From Chrysomallon squamiferum (taxonomy: Eukaryota > Animalia > Mollusca), in contig CM022670.1 in the NCBI GenBank assembly GCA_012295275.1, positions 5,270,001 to 5,334,000 on the forward strand: a stretch of DNA of 64,000 nucleotides. The letters are read 5' to 3'. The notes under the pieces were generated by a model. That model worked only from the letters and a program-made list of their open reading frames with translations. It had not been told where the DNA came from and did no database searches. Below are positions 1 through 13,580 of the stretch, one piece after another. The translations under genes were made by a program, and so were the position numbers. Position 1 is the first letter of the stretch. Every line of letters starts with the position of its first letter.

Positions 1-2511
1 ACTTCTACAAACTGTTTATGCTCATAGGGAGAAGTAAAATCTGCAGTAGTTGTAGTAATAGTTGTACAACATCATGTCTGTTTTCAATAAAACTGAGAAG
101 TGCAATAAACTGTTGAAATTATTTTAGTTTTGTGAAAGTTTTGTATTGAAAGGTTAATTAAATGAGATGAATGCCACTACTTTCCATTATTCAGTCAGTT
201 TACCATTTCTAGGTATAAGCTATGACTGTTACATCAAAATAATGGTGAAGTTTATGATTTCTTGTCTTTTGGAAAATGCTTAAGATTTATCCAATGCTTC
301 TAAACTGGAACAGATTTCCTATATATAATATAAAAGCAAATACATATAAAAATATTTTTAAACATTCATTAATTTAGTTCTCTTTAAAGTGTCTGAACAT
401 GTCACATTGCACCTGTTTGCATCATTTTTCAGAATAGCTGAAACCAGCAATTAAAAAAATAACAAAAAATATATATATATCTGATTTGTTATATGGCAAT
501 TAACCTTTGTAGCCAACAAATCTATTTTTATGTGTACAAGCAACAGAAAATTACTGGTCTTTATTTAAATAATTAACATTTGTTTAAGAATATGTTTTTT
601 TGATTTCCCACAATACTGGTGGCAGAATTTCATAATTGTTATCTTACCCAATATGCAAAGATCCTGTTTATATTGTTTTGTTATTACTGTATTCAGTTTT
701 TACCTACACAGTTTGAAAAATGAAGCTTTCATTTTATTTCACATAGCCTAATTTAATCTCCCAAAACACATGCCATCTTCATGTTACCACTTGATACAGA
801 GGTTAGTTAACCAGATCTTTTCACTCTTCACTAATCAAATTTGAGACACCTTGTTACTTTTCCTTAAAGTATTTCAAATCTTTTCATTACATTTTAAAGA
901 CATTTTTTGAAGAAAAAAGTGGAAAAATCCAGAACAAAATAGAATATATTAGTAGTATTTATTTGTTTATTTATTTATTTATTTATTGTTATATTGGCTG
1001 AAGATACTATTACTATTTTTTACTGCTACTAATATTACAACTTCTACTATGGTTACTATTATTAGTAGCAACCAAAGTTATGTAGATAATACATGTAGAT
1101 AATACAAAATAGGCCAGCCATCTGTCAGCTAAAGAAAGCAATCAGCATTTCACAGATATGATTCATTACCAGTGCAATACCACACAGTCTAATTAAATCA
1201 TTAACTATGCAAGCGATATGCTGCAAGGATCTCAGAGAAATCTATGGCAACCCAGTAAATTATGTATGTACTTAAACCTGATGTCTGAGTCAGGGTGCAG
1301 AATGTCGTGTAGCAGTTTCTATTGATTTTAATCTTTTCTTATCCAATAATTGCTTTACATGTCCACAAATTAGTGTGATGCTGAGGTGAGAACATTAAAA
1401 GAATTTGACATAATGTTTAAAGACAAGATAAGGGTAGGAGAGAGAGAAAGAGAGATGTAGAGTGAAAGTAATTAATTCCATCTGTTAGTGGTGATTATGA
1501 AAAAGAGTAATCTTAATGATGTGAAAGAACAGGCACTATAATAAATAAATGTTTTGTTTGTGTGGATATATGTATGTGTCTGTGTTGTGTGTGTGCATGT
1601 GTGTGTGTGTGCAAGGGGTGGAAAAAATTCCATTTTGGCATTTTAAAATGAATGTAACAATAAATAATTATCCTAATTTTTGTTTCCATTATTTAATCAT
1701 TTTCTTTCCTTTTTTTCTTTTTGTTTTTCTATTTTTCTTTTTCATTCCTCTCTATTTTAAAAATAAATAAACTTGCAAATTCATCTTGGAATAGAAAAAA
1801 AAAAAAAAAAAAAAAAATTTATTCTATGGGCCTGCATTATTTTAGTACACCAGCACTTATTTATTAATACAATTTTTCACTAGACAGTTATACATTGTTT
1901 GTTTTTTAAAAAGAATCATAAAAAATACAATATCTGAAATAACATAATTCAAGAAACAGAACTGGTCATTAATCATTCAGACATCACTGTCTGAAATGTT
2001 GGCGGGCCTGTGCAAATAGTATCATGTTCATTTCACAAATTAATACATATCTAAAAGGCCTATGATAAAAGTATACCGAGTTAAATGAAAGTATTTTCTT
2101 GTCATTATCAAAAACTTATGGCCCACAATGGAGAAGATAAATATTTTATAGTTACCTAAAGTAATGGCTGAATTAAGAGGGTACATGTATGTTAGAATTA
2201 ACACTATGTGCCAAATTAAATTTAAAAAAATTTATTATATAGATTTTGTACAAAATAATAATTGTAAGAAATACAGTAAAAATATTAGAAATAATTAAGT
2301 ATAAACTGTTACGCTTTCATTACTTTATTATTGGAAGTGTCTGCTCATAATATTGAACTTAAATATATATGTTTGGTGCCCATAATTAAATAAACTCTAA
2401 TTTTACACAGCTTAAATAACCATGGTTTTTTTTTTGTTTGTTTGTTGTTTGTTGTTTTGTTTTTGTTGTATTTTTCTTTTCTTTTTTTGTATTTTATTTT
2501 ATTTTATTATT

Positions 2512-2513
<2 letters not shown>

Positions 2514-2561
<48 letters not shown>
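2514..2561. repeat. (CA)n microsatellite
   Basis: Direct reading. Confidence 0.95.
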
Positions 2562-2563
<2 letters not shown>

Positions 2564-2699
2564 TACACATTGTTGTGGTTTTGCTTTCATTTTTATTTTT
2601 TGAATTCATTTCGCAATCACAAATTTTCGGTTTATTTATTCAGTCCTTTGTCCACTTTAATAAAAATATTAATAATCATTCATGCATTCATTCAATGAT

Positions 2700-3100
2700 T
2701 ATAAGAAATCGTAAGACGTGAAGGTTTGATTTGAAATCAAAACAGAAACCATTCAGTGCCTTCGCAAAAGATCGTAATAAACTGATTTTTAAAACCGGGG
2801 TCCGCCGTATTTGATCAAAGTAGCTGCTGATCGATAACTGACGTAGAACTTGTCCAATAACAAGTAAACATTCCAGAAGACGAGAGCTTCAGTTTATCCA
2901 ACTTTTTACATTTTGGATTAAAGTGATGATAATTTTTTAATGGTAATTATTTACTATAGGTCAGTATCAGGTTAATATTAATCCAGCAGTTAATTCTTTT
3001 TTGAACTGATTGATTGTTAACGATATAGTTATGTTTCCCAGCAGACGACTTGTTGAAACAAGTTAACCGAAAAGAGGATCTTTTAAGGTTTAGCGATTGA
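2700..3100 (+). promoter_or_regulatory. Probable promoter / 5' non-coding exon region of the kinase gene
   Basis: Local CpG enrichment between CpG-poor flanks. Candidate donor AAG|GTTTAG near 3087 and acceptor ATCAG| at 3765 upstream of the start codon. Confidence 0.45.
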
Positions 3101-3857
3101 TTAAAAAAAGTCTTCTCTGTATTTCATCTGTGTTTAAAATATGTGTAGTATTTTACACATTTAGAGAGTAAATTTGTTATTTTAGTAATGCGAGAATGAC
3201 GGATGTCTTTACAATGCTGTCATTTATTTAGCCAACTATTACATTTATGCATACACAATATTATATACACACGTTATAGCACAGACTATCGAATTAAAGA
3301 TAAGTTTTACATACTAAGCATTAGAAATCATTGTTATTAAATGTCAAATCAAATCTGTAATAAACTATTAGTCAGATCTGTTTTATTACCCTTTAATCAT
3401 CCTAACGAGATTAACAAGATTAGTAACTGTAATCATGTAAATAATGTAGGTGTTTATGTTTGAGGTAAGTAGCTTACCATGAAGATAATGTATCATTTGT
3501 CTTTAAATTTATATACAGTTTCATGGTTGTTTTAATTTTTATTTTCTGAAATATTCTTATAGTCAGAATTTAGTAAATTCATTTAATAATTGGCAGTCAG
3601 TTTGTCTGTTTATGTTAATGATAATTTCTTAAGACTTCATTTACAAAATATATTGTTGAATATTTTTTACTGTGTGTTAGAGCATCTATATATAAAGAGA
3701 GAGAGAGAGCATTAATTATTTTACCTGATTTAATATATACAATGTATTTTTGTTTATTTAATCAGAATTATGAAAATCAAAAGTCTGAAGCATGGTAACC
3801 TAGACTTTTTGTCATGATCAGTAAGTTGTGCACACCAAGAGCTAGGATTTACAAAGG

Positions 3858-6800
3858 ATGTCTTTTCGCAAGCCTCATTCGAAGCCACTTGCAAGTACAA
3901 AAAGCAGGTAGATTAATCAGTTAAAAAATACATATCTGTAAACATGTGTGGACACATTCATTAATAAAAACTAATTTTTGACATTGTTTGTTTTAATTTT
4001 ATATTAATTATATAATTTTTATTATTTTTATTTTTTTTCTTTCAGTTTTCATTATAACACACTACTGTCACAAATACTTGTAAATACAGTTACACACTTT
4101 ATTTTGATTTCAGAAGTCGTGTTCCTGATCCAGATCATTTACTGAAGCAGAATTTCAAACTGCACTCAGAGATTGAGGATCTAGAGAGTGCATTACAGCT
4201 GCACCATGACCTGAAGCAGGCAGAAGACAACACTGTTCAAGGAATGTTGAGGTTAGTTCATAGGATTTAATTCTTAATTAGTGTTAATTGTGATATGTTA
4301 TAGTTAATATTAGAAACATAATTTATATATCTTAAGCATTTAAAAGAGATTCAATATCTTTTGAACAGAATCCTGCAGCATTTATTTTATATATATATAG
4401 AAAAAAACCTAAAATATAATTCTGGAATAATATTCATCTATTTTTTAATTTAGTTTTTTAAATGGGGCATAGGGAAAATGATGCTAATATTTGTTATATA
4501 GTATTGATACTGGATTTAATTGAATTTGTACAAATCCAATTTGTTTCAAAAAAGAAGTTTCATTTACAGGATTACATAGTTCAAGTAAACAATTAAAATA
4601 AGTATATGATAATTATTTCTAAAGAAATTTAAGCTTTCTTTTTGTTTGTTTTTCACTCAGAAAAGAAATTGGTGGTACAAGGTGGCAACATGGAGCCAGT
4701 GGGAAGCTTCAGGGTTACAAATCAACAAATGACCTGAAAGATCCACATGGACTAACTCCAGAGACGTCAGCACAGAGAAAAAAGAGAGTCAGAGAGCAAA
4801 GCAGACTTCAGAGAACAGAGATAGCAACAAAGGAATATTTACCCAAAAGCCAACAAGATTCTTCATCAGATGATGAGTTTGCTTCAGACCTCTCTAAACT
4901 GACAGAGAAACAAAACAAAAGATACGCACCAAGAGCCCGAAGTGCTAGAAAGTCCAGGACTCCTGTTCAGAATGATAAAAAAGATTCTTCAGTTACATTG
5001 AGTTCAGTGAAGAAAAATGAAACACAGCCAGATTTGTTTTCAGCTGATCCAATGCATATAGATTATTTGAAAAATAAGGTTCTTGAAAAAATTGGAGCCA
5101 AAGTGATTAAAAGGCCATTAATAGCAAATGGAAGAAATGTCAGTGATATCGTTCCAGAATCTCATTCCAAACCAGATTTAAGTAAAATATCTTCAAATAG
5201 ATCAACACTGTCAGGGAAACAGAAATCTCAGGATTCATCAAATATTCATTCAGAAATACCATCCAGTAAGGGTAGTAGTACCTATTATAAGAATAAATCC
5301 TCTTCAAAGTCAAAAATTCAGATACCCAAAGAAAAACATGCGACACTACAGAAACAAAATGTTGTGAATGAAAACAATGAAAAAACTAATTTTGAGGAGA
5401 CAGCAAGAGTCCAGTCTTCAAGAGAAATGCCAACAAGTGATTACAGTTCTGATATAGAGGCTTGCCCAGACAAACTGGATGATTTCAGTACTGCTAGTCC
5501 AATCCACGATTATCTGTCCCATCCCATTAACAGTAAATCTGATTATATTAAAACCAAAAATCCTTCAAAGGCCAGTTCTGAGTCTGGTTGTTTTAAGAGT
5601 CACAGATGTTTGTCAGATAATGCAGATGACACACCAGTGCTAGGCATGAAATTTGCATTTTCTTCAGCATCCAGTAGTCACCTTTCTGAAAGAATTGTTA
5701 GTCCTGAATCAAAAGTAAACAACAGTTTACAGACTGAAGCAAAAGTAAAATCAGATCCAGATGTAGACTTATGGTTGAGAAATATTGGTCTCAGAAACTG
5801 TGATAAATATATTGAAATCTTTGCCAGACATGAAATTGAAATGGATGGTTTAAAATATTTGACTGCAGAGATGCTGAACCAGATGGGAATAAAAGCTGTA
5901 GGACCAGTCAATAAAATTCTTATGGCTATTCTTAATCTAGATGAAGCAAAAGAAAAGAAGGAATCTTCAAGAGTCCATAATGAAGCAAATGGCCAAGCAC
6001 ATAGGAATTCTATTACAGAAGTGTCTCACATTTCTGAAAACAAAGATTCTAAACGTTCACCTTTGTTGTCTCCAAAAGAGGAAGATTGCATTCCAGAGTT
6101 TACCAGTCAACTTCAGAAAAACTATAAGAATATGAACAAAGAGATTCATGAATCAAAGGCTGTTTCTGAATCAAAACAAACAGATAACATTTTGGACAAA
6201 AATATTCCAAAGACAGAAACGTCACAGATCCAGGCAGAAAGCAGAAGGCCTATGTCAAAGACTCTGATTACAAAAAGAAGTTCATCAGCTTCAAGAATCA
6301 CATCTGATGAAAAACTGGTTAATAAAACAAGAATGCAGTCAAAAAGTGCAAGCATTTCCAGTACAAGACAAAGAGATGTCACCAGTGCCAAAAAAGAAGG
6401 GAAGAAGGAAAAAGTAGTGACGTCTAGAGAGACATCCAGATCAAATGTAACTAACAGATTGCCTGCAGATGTTATTCAAAAGAAGGTTGACATGGGTATG
6501 TAGAGTTAGGTCTTGCTTTCACAATTTCTGTGGTTTATTCTATTCCAACATTCCTAGTTTATTTATTTGTTGATTTTCCTTTAAAAGAGTAATAAGAGTA
6601 ACACAATGACTAAAAGCAGCATATTTCCTTTCTGTTAATTATAATTACAAGAAAAAGAAAAAATCATAAATAATTAAAAATAATAATGCACTGGTATAAA
6701 AATAGAAAATATGGAAATAGAAAAATAATTAGATAAATGTATAAACATATTTGAAATTCTTAACATGCTATAACATAGCTATTGTTTTCACATATTTTGA

Positions 6801-9800
6801 TTTTTCTGATATTTATCTGTGTTGTAGGCATATGTATGGCTGCACATAAAATGGAAAACAAACAGAAACAAGAGCAAGATGAAAGGAACCATCTTCTAAA
6901 ACTGATGAGAAAGAGAAAACAGAAAAGAGATGAACTGGCAGCTAAACATTTAGAAAGAAAAACAACAGAGGTAAGTAAAAATCATGAAAATCTAACAAAA
7001 ATACATGTTAAATATTTTTTTTTTTGTATATTAAGCTTTCTCAAAAAGAAAAAAAAGATTTTTTCAACTTTGTTTATATGGGTTTATATTTTTATTTATT
7101 TACATAAGGTGGGGAAAAGATGAAAAATACAAAGAAAATGTTTTTTCAGTTTGATTTTTAGACATATATATTTTTCATAACAGATTTTTTAATTTGTTCT
7201 GTTTCTCATTACTTTAGTTTTCTACCTTGCTATTCTTGATCAATCATTTGAATAAAATAAGTTTTGGAAAATAGAAATAATAAAAAAATAAATAAATACA
7301 GTAAATAAATTAATTAATTTTTAATTTATATATATTCTTTTTTAAAATTTATATTTTCTTTTAAGTAAATGAAATGGGAATATATCATGGCACATTATCT
7401 TCCAGAATTTAATTTGATTTCAGACACATGAGCCACAGAATTCAGCTTCTGCTGATCCTTTGACAATAAATCTGTCTTCTCCTGAACCAGTCTCAAGTCC
7501 TGAGCCTGAACAAGTGCCACTGAAAATTACCCTTACATCTAAAACTAGTCATGGTAAACATCCATTACATATACTACTTCATTTACACTTATCTGTCTCT
7601 GTGTCTCACTTTTACTATCTCTCTCTCACACAGACAGACAGACAGACACACACACACACACACACATACATTCATAGACACACAAACAGACACACACACA
7701 TTCACAGAATTAAACGCTGTTTTTATAAAATGATGATAAAACCATTATTGTTTAAGAATTAAATTCTGATCATCATAGGCACTAACTTTCCTTTTCTAAA
7801 TTGTTAAATAGATCAGATGAGAATTCAGGTAGAAATGATTATGTTTACATGAATGGATATGAACTGATGTCATTTTACTGAATTTCAGACTCTCTGGTGG
7901 AAAAAAATCAACCAAAAGTGTGTGAAGAACAATCTCGACCTTTCACTGCACAACCAAATAGTCAGAAAATACAAGATGGAATTTATAAACAAGACATATC
8001 TTTATCAGCAAGGGAGAGACTGAAAAATGTTGATCTGACTGTAAATAAGCCATTGATTTATTTATTTATTTATTTATTTATTTATCTTCAAACTGATTTA
8101 TTTTAAGAATGTAGGAGTAATTATTTAATTGTGTGTTTTACATTAACTTTGTATCAGTTGTTTAGTATTTCATTGTTACTGTAAATCTTTATAATGCACT
8201 TTAAATAGTTGTGCAGATAATATTAAATTACTTACATATTTACCATAATGTTAGTTTTCATAAATATCAAAGTATAACCATTGCACATGAAGTTTTATGC
8301 TCTGAAATAACTTAGATAATGTTATGCTTGACCACCCAGAAATAATTAATATTAAAATAATATGCTGATATTAAACAGATATCTATCCATTTATTCATTA
8401 TTCAAGCTTGATCATAATGTTCATTAAACATTACTATCTTACATGAAATAAATTATTTCCATGAGATAAATCCAGATTCAACAAAAATATTGTGATGAAT
8501 ACTTAAAAATCTATTGACCACGTGTAAGGGATGGAAATGTTTTTGTTAATACCTACAGCTACAGGTGTTCAAGAGTCAGACAAACATTCACCAAAAACTG
8601 ACACTGGAAATGGTGAAAGATCTTCAGAAGCAGCTGGAGGAGATTGAGAAGGAAATAACCAGCACAGATGTCAGTACTGAAAACCACAGTGATCTGAAGT
8701 CACCACAAACCGATTATGTTAAAACATCTCATGTAGATGTGCTGAAGTTGAGTTCTGAGAGAGCGGCGTCTGCCTCAGATAATAGATCACTGCTGAAGGA
8801 TCACAGAGGTGCCAAGAATTTGGGTGATGTCCAAAATGCTGCAAGTTCGATGATAATATCAAGAAGTAAAAGAGCTTTGCTGGATGAAATACGCAAGGAG
8901 AAAGATGAACATCGAAAACAGATACGGTAAGAATAATTGTACCAAAAAAAATCAATAACAAAAATAAAAACAACACACAAACAAATATAATACCTAAAAG
9001 TATATTTTCACTAATATATAATCAAGCTTTAACAAGAACTCAATTATATTTTTCAGGCATCTGAAATCAGAATTGAGCAGACTTCAACACAAAGACCCAG
9101 TAAAGAAATCAGAATTGGATGTCAAAGATATAATATTTAGTGACAAAGGTATTTACTGCATAAGTTTCATTAAAACTGTACCTTTTATACATAGAAACAT
9201 ACTAATATGCACATGAAAAAATAAACTGAATTGCCAGTACTCGTATAAACATAAATACCTGTGAATTGATTTTATTTTCAGACATTATAGGAGAAGGAGC
9301 CTTTTCACAGGTATTCAGGGGAAGTTTTCAAGGAGCTGAAGTGGCAGTGAAGAGACTGAAAGTTCCACTGTCATCACAAGACAAAAACTATTTTGCTGCT
9401 GAGGTACATTGATATATTCTTCCATGACATACATTACTAATTAATCATGCACTTATTTATCTATTTCATTGGAAATCTAAATATTTTATATATTTCATTT
9501 TATTTCATTTCATTTTAATTTTTAAAATTTTTTTAAATTTTAAATATTTTTAATTTTTTTAAATTTTATTTTTGTTAGTTAAAGTATAAATGTCCTATTT
9601 TAATTATAACTTCATCTAATACTATAAAAGAAAATGTATTAGTTCTGTTTGTACAATACATAGTTTTATATCTGCACTAAGAATTTTGAGAAAAAATTAC
9701 ATCAAAGATAGTAATAGATGTGTGCCCACTATTTCAATGATAGTTTTGATGTGTGAAAAGTGATGGCAGCTATAGTAACACCTACGATATTGTATACATC

Positions 9801-12800
9801 ATGTTCTGCAGCCTTTAATATGATAATTCAGCAAAAACTCAGTCTTTTTAAAACTCACATACAAGGATTGATCTTTCACATGCTGAAAAAATAATAATAA
9901 TAACTGTTCCACAGGTGAGTCTGCTGAGAGAACTTCATCATCCCAGAATTGTCATGTTGATTGGTGTGTGCACTTCACGCAAACTGCCACTCATGGTTCT
10001 GGAGTATTTATCAAAAGGAAATCTTTTTGCCATTCTGCATGATTCATCCAGGTAATTAATTTTGCATGCTTTTAATTATTTCATTTCAAAAATGTTTAAA
10101 CTTAAAACATAACCTGAAATTTATACGTATTTATATTAATGATATTGTAAAATGTAACTTGAAGTATAATTTTACAATACATTTTTTTAAATTATTATTA
10201 TTATTTATTAATTTTTAATTTTAATTTTTTTTTTTTATTTGTTTATTTATTTATTATATCTATATTTTCATCCATTTACATAACAGATTGTGTAACTTGA
10301 ATATTTCTTAATGTGAATTCAGTCTAGGATGCAAGTTAAAACTTACACTGTACATTGTGAGTTCAAAGAAAATAATTCTTTAATGTTTATCTTTTTTTTT
10401 GTGCAGAGAGAAGTTTGATCATGCAGAATATTACCAGATTGCTCGAGACATTGCCTCAGGGATGGTTTACTTACACAACCATCGCCCTGCAGTACTTCAT
10501 CTAGACCTAAAATCTATGAATGTTCTCATTGGTATCGGAAACAGGGCAAAGATTGCTGACTTTGGATTCTCCAAACTTAAGTATGTTGACGTTTATTTTT
10601 TTAATTATTATTATTTTGTTTTTACATTTAGGCCATCAGGTACTTTATTGTACTAATTAGAAAGAGATACTTAATTTGGTAATTATAAATTTTTCAAGCA
10701 TGAAGTTTGATATTGTTGCAGATGTAAGCTTACACTACAAAATGAAAATATGTACTCTATATATACACACTCACACACACACATTTATATGTAGATACGT
10801 AGGTATGTATGTATGCATGTATGTATAAAATTACATTATTTATTTCCTAATAATGAAAATGTTTGTATGTTTCAAAAACATTAATCTAAGTATAATGTTA
10901 TCAAAATTTGGAAATGAAAAATTCACAGACATGATGCTGATGTGAAAGCTGCTAAGACTGACAAAGCACGCCCAATCCAGGGCTCTCCTGCATGGATGGC
11001 TCCTGAAATGGTTCAGGGAGGGGAGGTTACTCCAAAGACAGATGTCTACAGTTTTGGAATTATTCTTTGGGAAATGTTAACAAGACAAATTCCTTTTGAG
11101 CATTGCTCAACATTTCAGGTATTAGTTGTTGACAGTTTTGATATTTTTAAAATGTTATATTTTTTGACTCTAACAAAAGATAAAGTTGAGCTAGAGTCTC
11201 TGTCCTATATTTATGGGTATTTCTTATGTTTTATACAGGAGATCTTAAATATCTTAGGAATATGGTTTGACATTTGTTGGCATTGTTTGGTCTGTGTGTG
11301 TTTAAAATATATTTCTAGTATTTGTAACAAACAGTTATTTGTTTGTGTGATAAAAGTCATAATTTTATATTTTATTGGTCAGATCAACCAAAAAAGACAA
11401 CAAGAAAGAAAGTAAAAATAACACAACAATTTGTTAATATGGATTAAATTAAATTAGTATCTTCATTTTAATAATTAAAAAAAAAAATAAAGAAAAAAAA
11501 AAAAATAATAATACATTTCTGTATTTAGTTGTTATCTTTCTTATGCTGAAACTGTTTCAAATGTTAAATTTTAGATTTTGGAGAATGTTAGACTAGGAAA
11601 AAGACCAGTAATACCTGAAGATTGTCCTCCTGAGTTGTCAGAATTCATACAGAAATGCTGGGACAGCCTGCCAATGAGACGACCGCATTTCAAGGTTAGA
11701 ACAAGCTTAATTTTAATGTAAATTATAAATTATAAATGGTTATATATATAACAAAAAACAAGTAGTTTCCATGTGATATAAAGGGTTGATATACTTTTTC
11801 TTTTTCATAAACTTCAAATAATATATAGCATTTAAATAAAAATTTCAAAAATTATATATGTACATATATATAATTTTCGTAATTTTTTTTTATTATTATG
11901 TGTAATAAATGATATAAGTACAGACTGCCTGCCAGTCATAAATATTTGAATAAACACAGAAATTTAATTCTGGTCATTTCTAACATACAGAAAAAAGTAT
12001 GGCCAGAAAAGAAATATCATTAATTTAAACCATCAGGTAACAAAAGGGGGTAAAAAACATTCAGCAAAACAATAGACTTTAATCCTTTTCATAATTTGTA
12101 TAATGTGTATGTTATAAAAATATAAATTTAAAAAAACAACATCTTCTGATTTAATTTCCATCTACAGGAAGTGCTGAAGTCTTTAGAAAATCTTTCTTTC
12201 CCTCCTGACTGGAGAGCTCTTTTCCAACAAGCAGGAGTACCAGACGAAGCTCTTGAAAATCTGCAATCAACACGTAACATCATTTCTCTAGTAACATCAA
12301 CACTGGAGTCATCAAAACTACAGCACATTATCAACGAATCTCAGTCAACAGGTCAGGGAGAATCTTCCTTTAACAGTATAACTGATGAAGCTGATGAAGC
12401 TGATGAAAGTGATGAATTCACAAAAATGAGTGACGACAGTCTGGAAAATGTTAATGCAGGAACTTCAACATCATCTTGGCCTTCATTGCCTGTAAAATCA
12501 GAATCTGTGGAAGAATGGAATAACAATAATAATAAAGAAAGAAAGTCTGATCACACTGAACGGTTGGCTGTTCCATCTCTTCCTGTGAGAAGCAGTTTAT
12601 TGTCTCCAAGCCTGTCTGAAGGAAAAAGAGACGCTTCTACATCTCCGAGAAAGAGTTTTGAGGCTTGGACAGAAACTAAAACTGACACATCTCACAATGA
12701 GGATAAAACCATTCCACCACCACCTCCTCCACCACCACCACCACCACCACAACAACAACAAAAATCCATGTCAGCATCTGCATCAGGGAAAAAACAACCA

Positions 12801-13544
12801 GAGAAAGTTATGACACAAACAAAAATCAAAGTTACAGGTCAGATGCTGAAAGAGAAATCTGCAGGATTAAAGAAATGCACGCCAAAGACAAAAGACACAA
12901 AACGAAATACTGTGAAGATGAAGCCAGCAAGCACAACAGTACAAAGTGGTGCTTGTTTTGTACTAGAAGCATCAGAGCTTCAGAAACAGAGAAGCAAATT
13001 GAAGTCAACATCATGTCCTCATCCTAATCAACTTGAAGACCTCAACAAAGTGAGCAAGAAGGATCTCTTTAGTATAGCAGAAATTCTCAAACATGTAAGT
13101 AATCTTTAAATAAATTTGAAAGTATAAGAAAGTATAATATCTTTAGTGTAGAAGCAGTTCTAAAGCAGGTAAATAAATGTATCTCTAAATATTTAACTCT
13201 ACTACAGTGTGTAGATGTTTTAAAGCTAAAATTTTCTTGACTAATGTAGGGATGTTTTAAGTGAGGAATACTCAAATATGCAATTATATAATTACAGTGT
13301 AAATATTGCAGAAGCTTGTTGTTTTAACAGTTTTTGTTTCTTCTTGAAGATTGTAATAAGGAGCAATGTTTCTAAAAATCTTGGAATTGTATTAGTACAG
13401 AGCCTTTGATTCTTTTTATTGTTTATATCTTTCATATTATGATTTCATCATCAGAATTTATTTTTGTTTTAATTGTGATAATTTTGTTATTATTAATATT
13501 AGTAGTAGTAGTAGTATTAATAGTATCATCATAGTCGTTATTAC

Positions 13545-13580
<36 letters not shown>

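Noticed and set aside
1-2500. Possible exons of a neighbouring gene
   Set aside because: No phase-consistent coding exon found; probably a long 3' UTR or intron, and the strand cannot be determined.
8865-8900. KRALLDEIRK before the kinase looks like a WH2 helix
   Set aside because: No LKKV-type motif follows; it continues as a coiled coil (EKDEHRKQIRHLKSELSRLQ).
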